Positions 38,901-51,091 of a stretch of 64,000 bases of DNA are shown here, piece after piece. Numbering within the stretch: position 1 is the first letter of the stretch; each line of letters starts with the position of its first letter. The DNA lies in the NCBI GenBank assembly GCA_010093815.1, contig ML996575.1; one strand, given 5' to 3'. Source of the DNA: Pseudovirgaria hyperparasitica. Taxonomy: Eukaryota. The position numbers and the translations under genes were made by a program. Under the pieces are notes generated by a model that had not been told where the DNA came from, did not search any database, and worked only from the letters and a program-made list of their open reading frames with translations.

Positions 38901-39582
38901 TTTTCACTGGAACGGACAAATTTAGACTCAAGGGCAAGAAGGCAGACGCACCAAGCAAATTCCTAAAGAATATTCGCGAAGCCACCCCAAATGATCGCTC
39001 TATGAACACGGACATGGCCGCATCGCTCGGCACTATCTTTGACGAGTATATCAGAACACCCCAAGAAAAGGGTATGACGCTTCTTGTGTTCACTGACGGC
39101 TTGTGGACCGGAGGTGCCGAAGATGATGCCGTCGAGAAAGCCTTGGTGAAGTTTATCACACGCACAAAGGATTACAAGATGGATCGTCAAATGAAGCGCC
39201 GCTTCAGTATAGAGTTCATATACTTTGGACACGACCAAAAAGCGATAGATCGCCTGCGGGCCCTGGACGATGAGATCAAGACAAAACACGAACTCCCGTA
39301 AGTCTTCCATCCTAGTCATCATGTAGCCAGCCGCCCGACTGACAAATGTTCAGCGATATCGTCGACCACGAACCCTGGACCGGAGATGTCGATAAAATGA
39401 TCACCGGTAGCTTCCTTGAATCGAAAGATGTTCAGAAACCCGATGCCGGACTTTCGCCTCCCGGACTTTCGAGAGTGGACAGTAACACCCCTTCAATGAA
39501 TTCCCTCTCCTCTCCGACACAGCCCAGCAAGCGATCTTCCTTTTTCGGAAATAGGAAGGGTAAAAGTGCTGAAACGAGGTGA
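35958..39582 (+). CDS. Ser/Thr protein kinase fused to a C-terminal vWA domain (about 1123 aa), 6 exons
   Basis: Exons 35958-36578, 36626-36984, 37033-37178, 37226-38730, 38786-39297, 39354-39582 total 3372 nt in frame. Kinase motifs EGGTADV, LAIK, WERE, WHSDVKPENIL, LADFG, YGAPE, DTWSFGCV. vWA motifs VFVVDNAPTM, DKDGLDL.F, LLVFTDGLW, SIEFIYFG..LRALDD. The start codon is uncertain. Confidence 0.88.
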
Positions 39583-40145
39583 AGTCTCACCACCCATAGG
39601 CAAACACATTTTGGCGTAGCGTTTTATTAGAATATGGATCCTGGTTGATACCCGCATGTCTGCATACTAGAAAGACTGCACTAAGGAGTTCGGATCTGAT
39701 TGTGGATCTTGCTTTCGATGCGTGAAAAAATGTTGGCCTGAGTGACTTTAGTCTCGAAAGTGGGGTGTAGTTGAGGTGGTCATATTGCTGTGTGTATGTA
39801 TTGTCTTTCTACGCAGTTGTAGTGGTTTTCTGTGATATAATAATAGTATTTAATGTGTAGATCAGTGAATGAAAGAATGTACCTATGTGTGTCATAGTGT
39901 GCCTGTGGTAAGGAGATATCTGCATATGACATCATTTATGCTCCGCGACACTGTATGCCAGGTTCGTAAGATGCAGCGTAGGGTCACACATGAAGAGTTT
40001 CGATGTAGTAGAGAGAATGAAGTTGAAAGACTGATTAGCTGTTAATGTCCAGGAATTTGAGCAAGCTTAAAGCTTGCTGAGATCTTCCAGTCAAACTCAT
40101 CACCATCATAAGACCCGGAGCTTGCTTGGACTACAGCATCTTTTA

Positions 40146-40201
40146 TGAAAGTCTTCTACTTCTTCTTTTTTCTTTTTCTTCTTCTTCTTCTCTTTTTCTT
40201 C

Positions 40202-40232
<31 letters not shown>
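40146..40232. repeat. Polypyrimidine/(CT)n/(CTT)n tract
   Basis: About 80 nt of almost pure C/T, including (CT)n. Confidence 0.85.
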
Positions 40233-40689
40233 CTAGGAGGAAGTTTGGAATGTGTACTATTGGATATATACTTGTGGGAGCTGTGTGTCACAGAGTACGT
40301 ATCCAGACTAAGGAAGAAAACACACATAGGAAAAACCATGGCTTTTGTGTGAAAACGTCGTATCGTATCTATATAAGACAAAAATAGAACATGGACGTAG
40401 CCAAGCAGACCGTAGCCTGAGTGTGGTATACAAAAAGACAAAAGAAACGAAAACCGAATGGCACACGATGCCGTCGTCAGGAAAGAAAGGTATATGCCGC
40501 CCCTTCCCCTTTTGCCCCAAGTCAAACCAATCGAAATCCATCCAAAAACACCAAACATCAGCGCCCAAAGCCAGCGTACAACGTATAATATAATACACCA
40601 ATCAACGATACAAACCTCTCATAATTCATGATCATGACGCACACCACTCTCCCAACCCAATCATACACCCACCACCAACATTTCCCATC

Positions 40690-42416
40690 TTACACCCTGT
40701 CCCCAAAATACCCCTTCTCCAACACCACCGGCCCAGGCGACGTCCCCACAGGCGTCGAATACCGCGAACTCCCCTCCGACAACCGCACCCCGTCCAACCG
40801 CACGACCACCACCCCTTCCTTCTCACTCCCGTCATCCCCTTCTGGCCCTACTACATCCCACCCTTGATCCTGCTCCTCCTGCTCCTGCTCACTCCTCAGC
40901 GCCGGATGCGAACGCATGTCATCGCCCGCGTGTCTACCAAGACCGGCATTCATCTCCACATCCCCTTCGCGCTCCGCATACCCGAGTCCGGTCCCGGCCC
41001 CGGTCCCATCCCCCACCCTCACCGTCCACCGCCCCGTAAGTTGCGAGAAGAACTCACATGTGCGGAACGCGTTTCGGAAGCCGCCGTGGACGCGCACGGG
41101 CGGGATCATGGGTGGGCCGGAAGCGGGGCCGAGGGATGTGATGCGATCATTATCGTCATCATCGTCATTGTTGTTGTTATGGTGGTGGTTGTAGTGGTTG
41201 TTGTTTGATTTGTCGGCCGAGGGCGCGGTGGCAGCGGCGACGATGGTGATGATGCGGGATCTGAAGGAGGCGTAGGCGCGCGTGAGGAGGGAGTTGCGCA
41301 GGAAGGTTTTGATGTAGGGGGCGCAGGCGACGGCGATGGCGAGGTGGTTTTCGATGGTGGAGCAGAGCATTAACTGGCCGTATTGGACTGTTGGGGTGGG
41401 AGAGTTAGTATGGGGGTAAAAGAGGTACGGGGAGACATACAGGCCATGTCGCCAGTGGATTTTATTTCGTACATGATCCAGACGCGCAGCGCGGAGGCGA
41501 TGAGGACGCTATTGTAGGAAATCTAAGTTAGTATGGGACTACTATGCAAGCATCCAGGGAAGAATAGGGCAACTCACACAAGCCCCAGCCCAAACACGAA
41601 GTACAACCCAACCTTACTCGCCCTAGAAACCTGGAGATTCCATGTAAACACCACCGGCATCGCATACAGCACTGTATCAATGCCCATCATCAGGAACCCA
41701 TTCGAGATCGAAAAGTCCATAAATCTGATATTCGAACATGTGCCAGGCACGGTGGGGTCGAAGATGCGGGCCATGGGCACGCACTGGGCGAGTACGACGA
41801 TGATGGAGGAGGCGCCGAAGCCGACGGAGACAAAGGTCATGAAGTGGATGAAGTAGTGTGCGGGTGTGCTCATGGTGAGGTCGCGGTAGAATTGCAGGAG
41901 GGAGAGCTTGACGAGCATGTTGCAGGAGAGATAGAAGATGTTTGTGACGAGGACGGCCTGTTTGGGTATGTTAGTGGAAATATGGTATGCGCGGGGAGAG
42001 GGTGGAGGAGTACTGACCTGGCGCATGCGGATACCATTTAGGAATTCTAGATCGCTTTCGTGGGTACCGAGTCCGAATGATGTGCCTGAGACGTCGATAT
42101 CAGTGGTGAATTAGAAGATGACAAAAGTGATCTTACTGATTATGAGGCCAAGAGACATTGCAATTCCAAAGACCTTCAACAGTTTATTAGCTATTGCAAC
42201 AGATCACGTAGTTGTCGCCCATACAGTTGCCGCGAGAATAAACCCTGAAGCAGTCAGCGAAGTGGACTATCGAAGCTGGTCTATTATCATACAATCATGT
42301 TGCTTATAAGTCCCACTCAAGATTTTCCGTTGGAGTAACCTGACCGTCACAGCGCCAAATGACAGGACAGACATGGCGACACTAACGCCAATGACAGCAT
42401 TCTGCCTGGGCAACAT
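40690..42416 (-). CDS. PTH11-like (fungal rhodopsin-domain) 7-TM receptor without CFEM, multi-exon
   Basis: ATG at 42416 (MLPRQNAVIGVSVAMSVLSFGAVTVRL..HDWFILAA). Motifs FGLGTH, LVKLSLLQFYRDL, LAQCVPMARIFDP..PGTC, DTVLYAMPV..WNLQ..K..L..VFGLG and CSTIENHLAIAVACAP. Several short introns. Confidence 0.85.
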
Positions 42417-43884
42417 GGCTCTGGTGTATTGTGGATGTCAAGATACAAGAAGTCTATAACGACAATGGCACAAGGGCACAACGAAGCCCAGTCCTATATG
42501 ACTGCGGATTGGGGATATATGGCATTCGACGAAAACCTGGGGACGGTAGATGAGACTTGGACACTGAGCAATGACCATTCGTCGCCCTGATATATGGACG
42601 AGCCATCGGAGCATTGTTTTGACAACTGCAAAAATCAGGGCAATTCATGTAGAGTCCGCAGCGTTTACAGGAAAAAGAACAGTGGGGCTGATACTGCACA
42701 CTGCAAGCACGGAGTCCGGAGCAGGCATGTCTGGGTGGTCGGCGAGGTTGTTAGTATGCAGTAGAGTCTGTATAAAGGTAGGTCGAGCACCCAATGGAAT
42801 AACATAAGCATAGTCCACTCCATCAGTGAGTAATCACTGCATATCATGATCATAATGAAGAATTTATGGCGCGAGTCAACCCAAATCCACGACCCAAAGT
42901 ACAACCTGACAGTCACAGAAAAGGTAAACTAACAGCGGGACAGAGGCAGGCAAAGGCATATCAACATGTATCGAGAAGAAAACAAAAGACTTGAAGTGGC
43001 GATGATTAGAATAAGATAAATGTTTATTTTTACACCACGAACCGCTCTTCCCGCGGCGCGCGCAGTCCATTCGAGTTACAACAGTACACTTACACTATCA
43101 CTTGAGCTCGTGGCAAATGTGCGACCACAATGATACCTCAACCCGCATTTTACATGCATTGGCCTGCATCTACGGAGAATGGATTGTGATAGCGCGATTG
43201 GTTGAGGTTTACTAGCGTTCCGGGGAAGCGATTCCCGGTCCTGCGGATCAAGCCGTGCTTGCCAAGATATCTAGTCGAGTCGACATGAGAGTCCGGTAGC
43301 GCGGTAGATCCCATTGGTGTCAGGTAAGGTAGCGATCTGTTGTGTCTATCGATTATTGAGTATCGATACGAAGTTCCAGGATAGAATTTGCGGACATGGC
43401 CTTGACAAGCAATATGAAAGGCTGTTTGGTGCTCATCTATCCGCGCGATATCAGCAATCGGCTTGAGAAGAAGGTCCGTCTTAGCCTTCAACATTGGCAT
43501 GACCATGATGAATGGCCAGGGCTCAGCTGAGAGGTTCATGCAAGGTACGATCATCAGTGAGGCTGCATTGCCGCGTTGAGCCCTGACCAGCGCATTCTTT
43601 GCATTGCGTACACTGCAGGGCATTCCTTGCTCCCCACGCGATCCTCAATGGGGCAAACCGATCTGTGCCATCCCACCCACAGATCTCGGCTGTGGTGGTG
43701 GTGGTCGTCGTCGTGCATGGTGAATTATTCCACCGGACTTCGCCATTGGTCCCACTCGTCTAGCGATTCAATATTTTTTCTGGCAAGCCGACCAATCTTA
43801 GAAGGCCAATTAGATGCCTTCGTCGCTGCTTAAGACGATTCGAAGCGTCGATGCCGGGCGATGCATATTAGCCAGGGGCGTGGA

Positions 43885-45215
43885 TCATCCATTCCTGCGT
43901 TTGCATTGCGCAGCGACTACACTGATATCGTCAAGTTTGCCTGACCAGCTCGATCAGTCCCAAGTCTTGATCTCTGCGACAAATGATGAAACTCACCTCC
44001 TTCAATAGACAGACCTTCCTCAACAGCCTTCTCCATGTACGGACTCTCAGCAAATGGATCTTCGGCAATCTTCCTGGCCTCTTTGACCAATTCTTCTGCA
44101 ACGTAATGCATGCCTTGCGCGTGGCTCTCTTCGCCAGGGTCCTTTCCTCTCTCTTTCGCGACCTCGCCATTGTTCCACTTGCGCAGGCTTTCCAGCACGA
44201 AGTCGACAATCTCATGTTCCCAGAGGTTGTCCACTACGCCGTCGGACATGGCAATGACAACATCATCTTCTTCAAGCTCCATGCGATTCATGACCGCAAT
44301 CTCAGTGGGTGTGTCTGGGCTATTCGTGCCGAGTTGACGCGGGCAATCGAACCAGTGCCACTGCTCTTTCGTCTTGAACAACGTGTTTCCATCCTTTGGC
44401 CTGATTACCAGAACCTGCGAGTCCCCAAGCTGCGTCACATATAATATAGGCTTTGAAGGATCGTCCTTGTCCGCGCCCAGTAACGCACTACAAGCGGTAG
44501 TCGTGCCTTGCCATTCATTCGTAGCCTTCTTTGTATTCTCATACGCCTCCTGCAGGTATCGCACCGGGTTCGGCTCTGCGTCTCTCCCATACTGATCTTT
44601 CTCTGCCTCCAGCGCCCAGAAGTGAAGTATCAGGCGGGCCCATAGTCTGGAAGAGCAAAACTTGTTAGTTGGTAATCCCGTGCAACGTACGACCTTTTTG
44701 GGGCTTCGCCAGCCGCTGTGCCTCACTCACGCTGCATGCCCCTTTTCTCGGTGCGCCCAAGCCCCGACGCCATCGTTTGCACAGATGAAATTATCAGACA
44801 CTAGCACTGCGTCGTCTCCGTTTGTGATACCGCGTATCATCTCGCCATCGTAGTATGAGCGCCGGTCTCGGCTGCGGTGGTGCGTGCTGAGCGGGTCCGA
44901 AAAGCTGCCGCTGGGGTAGGATAGAAAGGGCGGAGGAAAAGGTCGAGACGGGCGCTTTGCAAAGAGTGCGTACCCGGCTTCGAAGTAGAAGGGAGCCTTT
45001 GACTTCAGAGCTTCCTCAGAAGGTGCCGGAGTAGTGGTGCCACCTGTAAGCCTCCGGTCCGAGTTGGACTGCTTCTCGCTGCTATAACATCGCGCAGATA
45101 GCCTTGCAGGTAGTCTGATGCGGGAGGACAAGGTCGATAGGCAACGGCGCGTCACGTTTGAAGTCTGCAAGAAAGCGCCGGGCTGCGAAGGTGCTGTTGA
45201 TCGAAATATGTACAT
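43885..45215 (-). CDS. PTC7: PTC7-type PP2C (PPM) phosphatase, probably mitochondrial, 3 exons
   Basis: Exons 45215-44731, 44646-43997, 43940-43885. Motifs NGDDA, ANDGVGAW, GTTT, QLGDS, EQWHWFDCPRQLGTNS, SDGVVDNLW, SPY, GGKLDDISVV. R/S-rich N-terminus resembles a presequence. Confidence 0.88.
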
Positions 45216-45664
45216 CGAGGCGATAAGTGTCGATAGTGTTGATGACAGGCTTGCCTGTCGCGAAAACTGCGCAAGAAAAGAGCTACAAGACAGAAGCGCG
45301 ACCCATCTGGGCGCATTTATCAAGAAAATCCAAGCAGCAGAGGACCAAAGGTGAAGATTGTTGAGAGCATTCACGAGTATTGAGGCTCTGGCCGGAATCT
45401 AAGACGTCACGTGAGCGGCATTGTGACGGCAGCTAACCAGAAGTGTGCATAATAAGTATATTTCTGCTGGTCCCGTCCAATCCCGTAATCAGCGATTTAT
45501 TGATGCCAGAACGCAAGCGTCTCTTTCGGTATTGTACGCGTTGAAGCGTGCTGATACAAGCATCCGACCGTACATTATTATGTACGGCCAATTTACAAAA
45601 TCCCCGGCGCCATAGATGCATGCGAAGAACGATGACGGCATGAAAACAGATCCACCTTCTTCAC

Positions 45665-46230
45665 TCAGTTATCATACACCGGTCTCCTCTTCACAAACTC
45701 TTCTAGGTCCCACTTCGTAGCAACCCCAAGGACAAATCTCCTGCTACCATCCGTGACAACCGCAAAATCCTGCGTCTCGCCCTCGAGCCCCGAACCACGG
45801 CCAGCGAAGAAAGCCTCGAGATCTTCCAGCGGCGTGTCCATCGTGATGACTTTATACACCCGGCCCTTCCGTCGGAACTTCAACATTGCGCTTTCCACTG
45901 GGTCATTCTCGCGGACTTTGCCATCCTTCAGCAGCTCTTTCAATCGTGGAATGCTCAGGTACCCGAGTAAGGCGCGGTTCTCCTGAGAAGTGACAGTGAG
46001 GTGTGTGTAGTCGCGTTCGAAGGCACTCATCATAGCGTGTGAGATTGGTTGCGATGGCTTGACGGAGAGCGCAGGAGGAGGGTCGAGGTCTTCAACAGTG
46101 GCCTGCGGTCGGTGAGTTGGTTGCGACACTATGCGTGAGTTTTGTGACTTACGCCCCGGAACTTGTTTGCCCATGGCGACTTATCGCGCACGGCAGATGT
46201 GCCAGTCGAAGATGACAATGTGGCAGCCAT
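45665..46230 (-). CDS. Small CBS-domain protein (171 aa), similar to the C-terminal domain of cystathionine beta-synthase, 2 exons
   Basis: Exons 46230-46153 and 46102-45665. Motifs GATVEDLDPPPALS, AFERDYTHLTV, LLGYLSIPRL, YKVITMDTPLEDLEAFF, FAVVTD..RRFVLGVATK.DLEEFVKRRP. Confidence 0.85.
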
Positions 46231-46598
46231 TTTATACCTGCCAGCAGAGGTTCTCTGTAAGTTTGAATGCTTGAAGCTGCTCGAGGGAGAGGTACTCACG
46301 CAGAGGCGAGGCACAGTGGGGTTGCGGGGCTGGTGCCTTATTGTTAAGGCAACAATGCCTCCCTCGTCTTTAGACTCCTATCCAATTCGACTATTCACGG
46401 CAGAACACCCACACTTATAGCAATATCTGCACAGCACAGATTTACAAGTAGAAAATAGCGCTAAATTAACAGTTACGCTTATCTACGTGGACAGACCAAA
46501 TTCGACATACGCGACTACGACTCAGCCCGATCCTTGGTACCTGCCATCACACCCTATACCAGGGCACCAAGCATTTCAATCCCAATCCCAAACATAAC

Positions 46599-47230
46599 CT
46601 ATCTAACCAAAACCCAAGCCATACCACCAACAACAGCAGTAGCCCAAATACCAGCAACGCCCCAGGCACCCGAAACACCAGGCGCCCTCAGCCCAGCAGC
46701 AGCACCCTCAGAGTTGGTAGGACTGCTGCTAGACGCACTGTGGCTCGCGCTGTGGTCAGCACCATTGGTAGTACCCGGAAGAAGCGAAGTCAAGGAAGCC
46801 AGCCCAGTGGGAATCAGAGTGGCGAGATGCGAGGGAACAAGGTCGGTAACCTGGCCGGGGAGATCGCTTGGGAGAATACCAGAGGGCAGCAGGCTGGAGG
46901 CGATGGCAAGGGCGGACTCAGCGGCAGCGGTGTTGTAAGGGTATGCGATGTCGCCGCCTGCAGCAAGATGTTAATATAATGTGTTCTCTGTCATTCTTTT
47001 GTTCAGGTAGCCATACCGTTGTCGCATGTAGGGAGGTCAGCGATGGTTCCGCAAGTCTCGCCAGATCCACAGCACCAGCCGTTGTTGCAGTCGACGTAGT
47101 CATCACCACAGAGAATGGATGGGTCAATGTCCTGGGAGACCTGACGCTTGTTGAAGGAGAACTGCTTCGCCGGAGAAGAGGCAGCAGCGGCTACGGCCGC
47201 GAAGGCAAAGATGATGGAAGAGGCATGCAT
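46599..47230 (-). CDS. Small secreted, probably GPI-anchored protein with a 6-Cys N-terminal module, 2 exons
   Basis: Exons 47230-47017 and 46957-46599. Signal peptide, Kex2-like KR, C..C..WCC..C..C, S/T-rich stalk, SEGAA omega-like site and hydrophobic C-terminus. Confidence 0.8.
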
Positions 47231-48201
47231 TTTGAAAGATGGTGTATCTAACTACAAAGAGACAAAAATGAGGGAGTGAGTGAGTGAGTGATTGAAGCAC
47301 TGAATGAAGCCTTTGGAAGGGAATCGAAGTGTGGTAGTACAACAACGAGGAAACGACAGGGCAAAGAGAGTGGACGGTATAGCGTCCCTTTAAAGGACAT
47401 CCACTCCTATGTCGAAGCCGTGGGAAAAGGAGTGTGTTTCATTATGACTTGCCTGTCTATGGCTAGACTCGCTCAATCGCCTTCATCAAGATGGCGGGCT
47501 TGGGGCCAATACAAGCTTTGATAGTGGGCCTGAGGCTGAAAACCGCCCAATCAGTGCATGCGTTCGGCCGACCAAGCGCCAGAGTCGATACACACTCGTA
47601 CTGGTACTGGATCCTAGGATCGCGCTGGAGACGCCCGTCATTTGGAACCGATAGTTGCGCTTACCAATATACGCTTCGTGGGACCTACTAGTAGGCTAGC
47701 ACACTGACTTTTGGGCGCTTGGAGAGTCAGTACCGCGAAGCGGGAACCACAGACCGCAAAACAAGCCTTTGCGGCTGACTTGGCTTTACTTGGCGATGAC
47801 ATGCACGAACCGTCAGATCGTAATCGAGGACGGGGACGGGGACGGGGATCCGGGATCAAAAGATGTCTACGATTAGAGTAATACCTAAAAGTGAAGCTCT
47901 ACATACATCTTCGCTCTCTAACTACTCTAGCCACTGTCATTACATTACATCTGACTACAATCTATCTGTTCAGCCACTGACAGCAAAACCTTCGCTTAAA
48001 AGGCTATCCCTAGTAAAGACATCCTCAGGAATACGAGACTAGGGAATCAGAAGTTCAGCAGAAGGGACATATCTTGAACTGAGCCAGCCTGACTGGAAAT
48101 TCGTTCGTTCACAGCAGAACATTGATGGAAGTCTTGCAAGTATGGCGGAAGCATGTAAAGGAACTTCAGGACCGCTTTAGCACGGACAAGTCCGACATAT
48201 A

Positions 48202-51091
48202 CTAGAGACTGGTAAAGACAAGCTTGGGATTTTCGCCGACGACCAAAGTTTTGATCTTTGGTAAGAGCTCTAGTATCCTAAATGGCTTTGCTATCGTATC
48301 ATCTGCCCCAGCCTCCCTCGCGCGTGCAACTTGTTCGCCTCTCGCATTGGCGCTGACTACGATGATTGGCACATGTCTTTTGATCTCGCCTGTTCGCTGA
48401 TACTCGCGAATCTTGCGTGTACAGGTTAAGCCATCCATCACCGGCATCTCTACGTCCATCAGGATTACTGTGAGACTGAGGGGTGGCTCCGATTGCGCTG
48501 CCGAATCCCAGATTTCGGTACGACGAATATATTCCAAGGCTTCGGCACCATGATTGCTGATGTGGACTTTACAGCCTGCCTTGCGCAGCTGTTGCGAGAG
48601 TACTTTTTGCTGTTCAGAACTGTCAGCGTGTGTGGATTATGCTATGCAGACTTACATTGACTATATTGTCTTCAACAAGTAATACCGCGTAACTATCCTT
48701 GACAGGCTCCACTTTGATGTCTGTGATATTGGGCGGAAGACGTGATTGACTAAGTGTACGACTCCTAGTTCTCAGTATAGCGGGTCTCTCGGGCGGAGGC
48801 GCTGTCCGAGTTGCGATAAAGAATGCAAATGTCGTACCAACGCCTGGCTCGGATCGGATCCCTATGGCTCCGCCTTGTAGTTCGGCGAGCTTCTTGGAGA
48901 TGAAAAGACCCAAGCCACTACCACCGTAAGTAATATGCGTTTTTGGCGTAGCTTGTGCGAATTTGTTAAACAGTATGCTTTGCTCTGCTAGTGATAGCCC
49001 GCAACCAGTGTCAGAGCATTCCATCCGAACAAACACTCTCCTCCCGGAGCCCCAGTCCTCTCCGGTGAGGAAATCGCCTACCGTGTGAGTTATGGGAACA
49101 TACGGAAAGCCATCGCCAGCTGGAGATGAAAATTTACTCGCGGAAGCGCTCAATCTGACATGGATCTTTCGTGTAGGCCTGTTGCGTGTAAATTTGATTG
49201 CATTCGTTAGAAGGTTAATAAGAATCTGCAGAACCCGAGACGGATCTATCATCACCCAGTCGGCTTCCAGCTCGTGAATGGATGGATCCTTGTCGGTTGT
49301 CAATTCGATACCGTTGTTCTTGCATTCAACTTCAAACATGTTCATGGCATCTCTCACAATGGTTGCTGGTTTTGAACGAACTGGAGTAATCGCAAGAAGA
49401 TTCGAGTCCATCTTGGACAAGGTTAAGACGTCATCAATCACGCGTTTCTGATGGAGCGAGCACGCTGTGATGGTGTTGAGTGAATCCAGGCATAGCTTTA
49501 TCTCGCTATCAATTTGTTCGCGCTCGGTACCTGTCATCGATCGAGACACCAGTGAAAGCATGCTCTTCAAAGTATCGATAGTAGAGTCTGCACACTGAAG
49601 GACGGCCGAAAGTGGGTTCCGCATCTCGTCTGATGCTCAAGTCAGTCTTTTCAGTGCCTATGCGACGCTTGAAAACGTACGTGAGGTCATGTCAATAAAA
49701 GCTTCGTGTTTTCGCTTCTCCTCCAGTGCTTCTTCGACTCGGCTTTTCAGTATATCTTCAGCCCACTTGAACCGAGAGATATCGGTCATAGTGCCGAAGA
49801 TTGACATGATGTTGCCGTCATTGTCCAGCTCTGGAAAAGCTTGACTTTCTCCCCAAACTTGGCGCGGAACACTGTCGCCAAGATCCCATGTTCGATTAAA
49901 TCGTACTTGCACACGGGTCATGACCTTCTCACTTTCAAGTGTCTCCCACTGCTTTCTGAACAGGGGCAGGTCTTCCTCAAATACTGCTGCTCGCCAATTG
50001 ATGTTCTGTACGTCATCCCCAAGAAGGTGCTGGTGCCCAGTAAACTCGTAGGCAAAGTTGTTGCAATACATCAATTGTCTTGTAGAGTCCAGAATATAAA
50101 TACCCATTGGTGCCAGACTTGCGAAGCGCGTGAATCGGTGTTCACTTTTCCGCAGGCGCTCGAGAGCTTCAGCCCTTTTGACAGCCTCGTCCTGCACACG
50201 CTTCTGTGCATTAATGTCAACGGTATTTCCAGCCACACTTACCAGATTTCCCATCTCATCCATGATAGGGACACAGGCGGACAGCACCCAAGTCACATCA
50301 TCGACTCCTGGATCATCCTCACTCGGAGGGCGATAGTTGATACCCTTCCATCTCATCTCGAACGTAATGCTATGGCCTTGAACCAATTTGTTCCATTGTG
50401 CAATAACCAAATCTCTGTCTGGGGGATAGACGAGATCCATAAACGAGTAATCAGTGTGGAGGTCTTCAAGCTTTGGATGTAGGCTAAGACGATACCAGGA
50501 GTCCTAGAAGTATGTCAGACTGGGATTAGCTGAGACGCTGGTTCAGCTCACGTTCGCACGAATCAGAGTACCCTCAGGGGAGTATTCAAAAGTCCCAACA
50601 TCACTCATCTCCATCATCGTGTAAAGGCTGGCTAGTCGTTGGTCATAACGTTTTATGTCTTGCAATCTGTGCTTAGCATCTTCGACCGAAAGACTATCGG
50701 GCCCTACGCCAACTGCCAGCCCAAATTCTATCTTTTTGTGAGATTGGGGCACCTGTCTCAGAGCACGTATGCATCTCCAACGCCCGCGGATATTGAAAGC
50801 GCCCCAAGTCGCGTCTGCGAAATCATACTCTTTTCTCCAGAGCGCGACTGTTTGACACCAGGCACGAAATCTGTGACTCGCCTCTTCATCCTTGTTTATT
50901 GTATCTGCTATCTTGTCCTGTCGGAATGCGGTATTGCCAGATACGATCCTGAAAGGGACTATTGCAGTAAGGTCAATTGGCACGAAGAAAGTTGGTCTAG
51001 GGTCTGCGTCAAGGAAGTCGTGCAGAGAAGGTAGCGCGTCTTGTTCCAAAACGTGATCCGTGATTCCTATAGATGTCGAGTCTGCGACCAT
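48202..51091 (-). CDS. Hybrid sensor histidine kinase (PAS/PAC repeats-HisKA-HATPase-receiver), multi-exon
   Basis: Spliced H-box FIDMTS(H)EMRNPLSA, N-box QILINLLTNAIKF, DTGCG, YGGSGLGLFIS, GVGTTF. Receiver motifs LLVEDN, ILMDVEMPVMDG, SANAR, KPF. Upstream PAS-like segments (DLVYPPDR, FEMRW). Confidence 0.93.

Noticed and set aside
40106..40601. Overlapping ORFs with poly-K/E or poly-F/L runs
   Set aside because: Artefacts of the CT-rich microsatellite in the 3' region of the PTH11-like gene.
43150..43623. 157-aa minus-strand ORF downstream of PTC7
   Set aside because: No motifs or supporting gene structure; may be chance or 3' UTR.
43885..45215. PP2C phosphatase as third member of a TerY-P-like (vWA + kinase + PP2C) triad with the kinase-vWA gene
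   Set aside because: It is a typical PTC7-type housekeeping enzyme with a mitochondrial-like presequence, on the opposite strand, over 4 kb away and separated by an unrelated gene.
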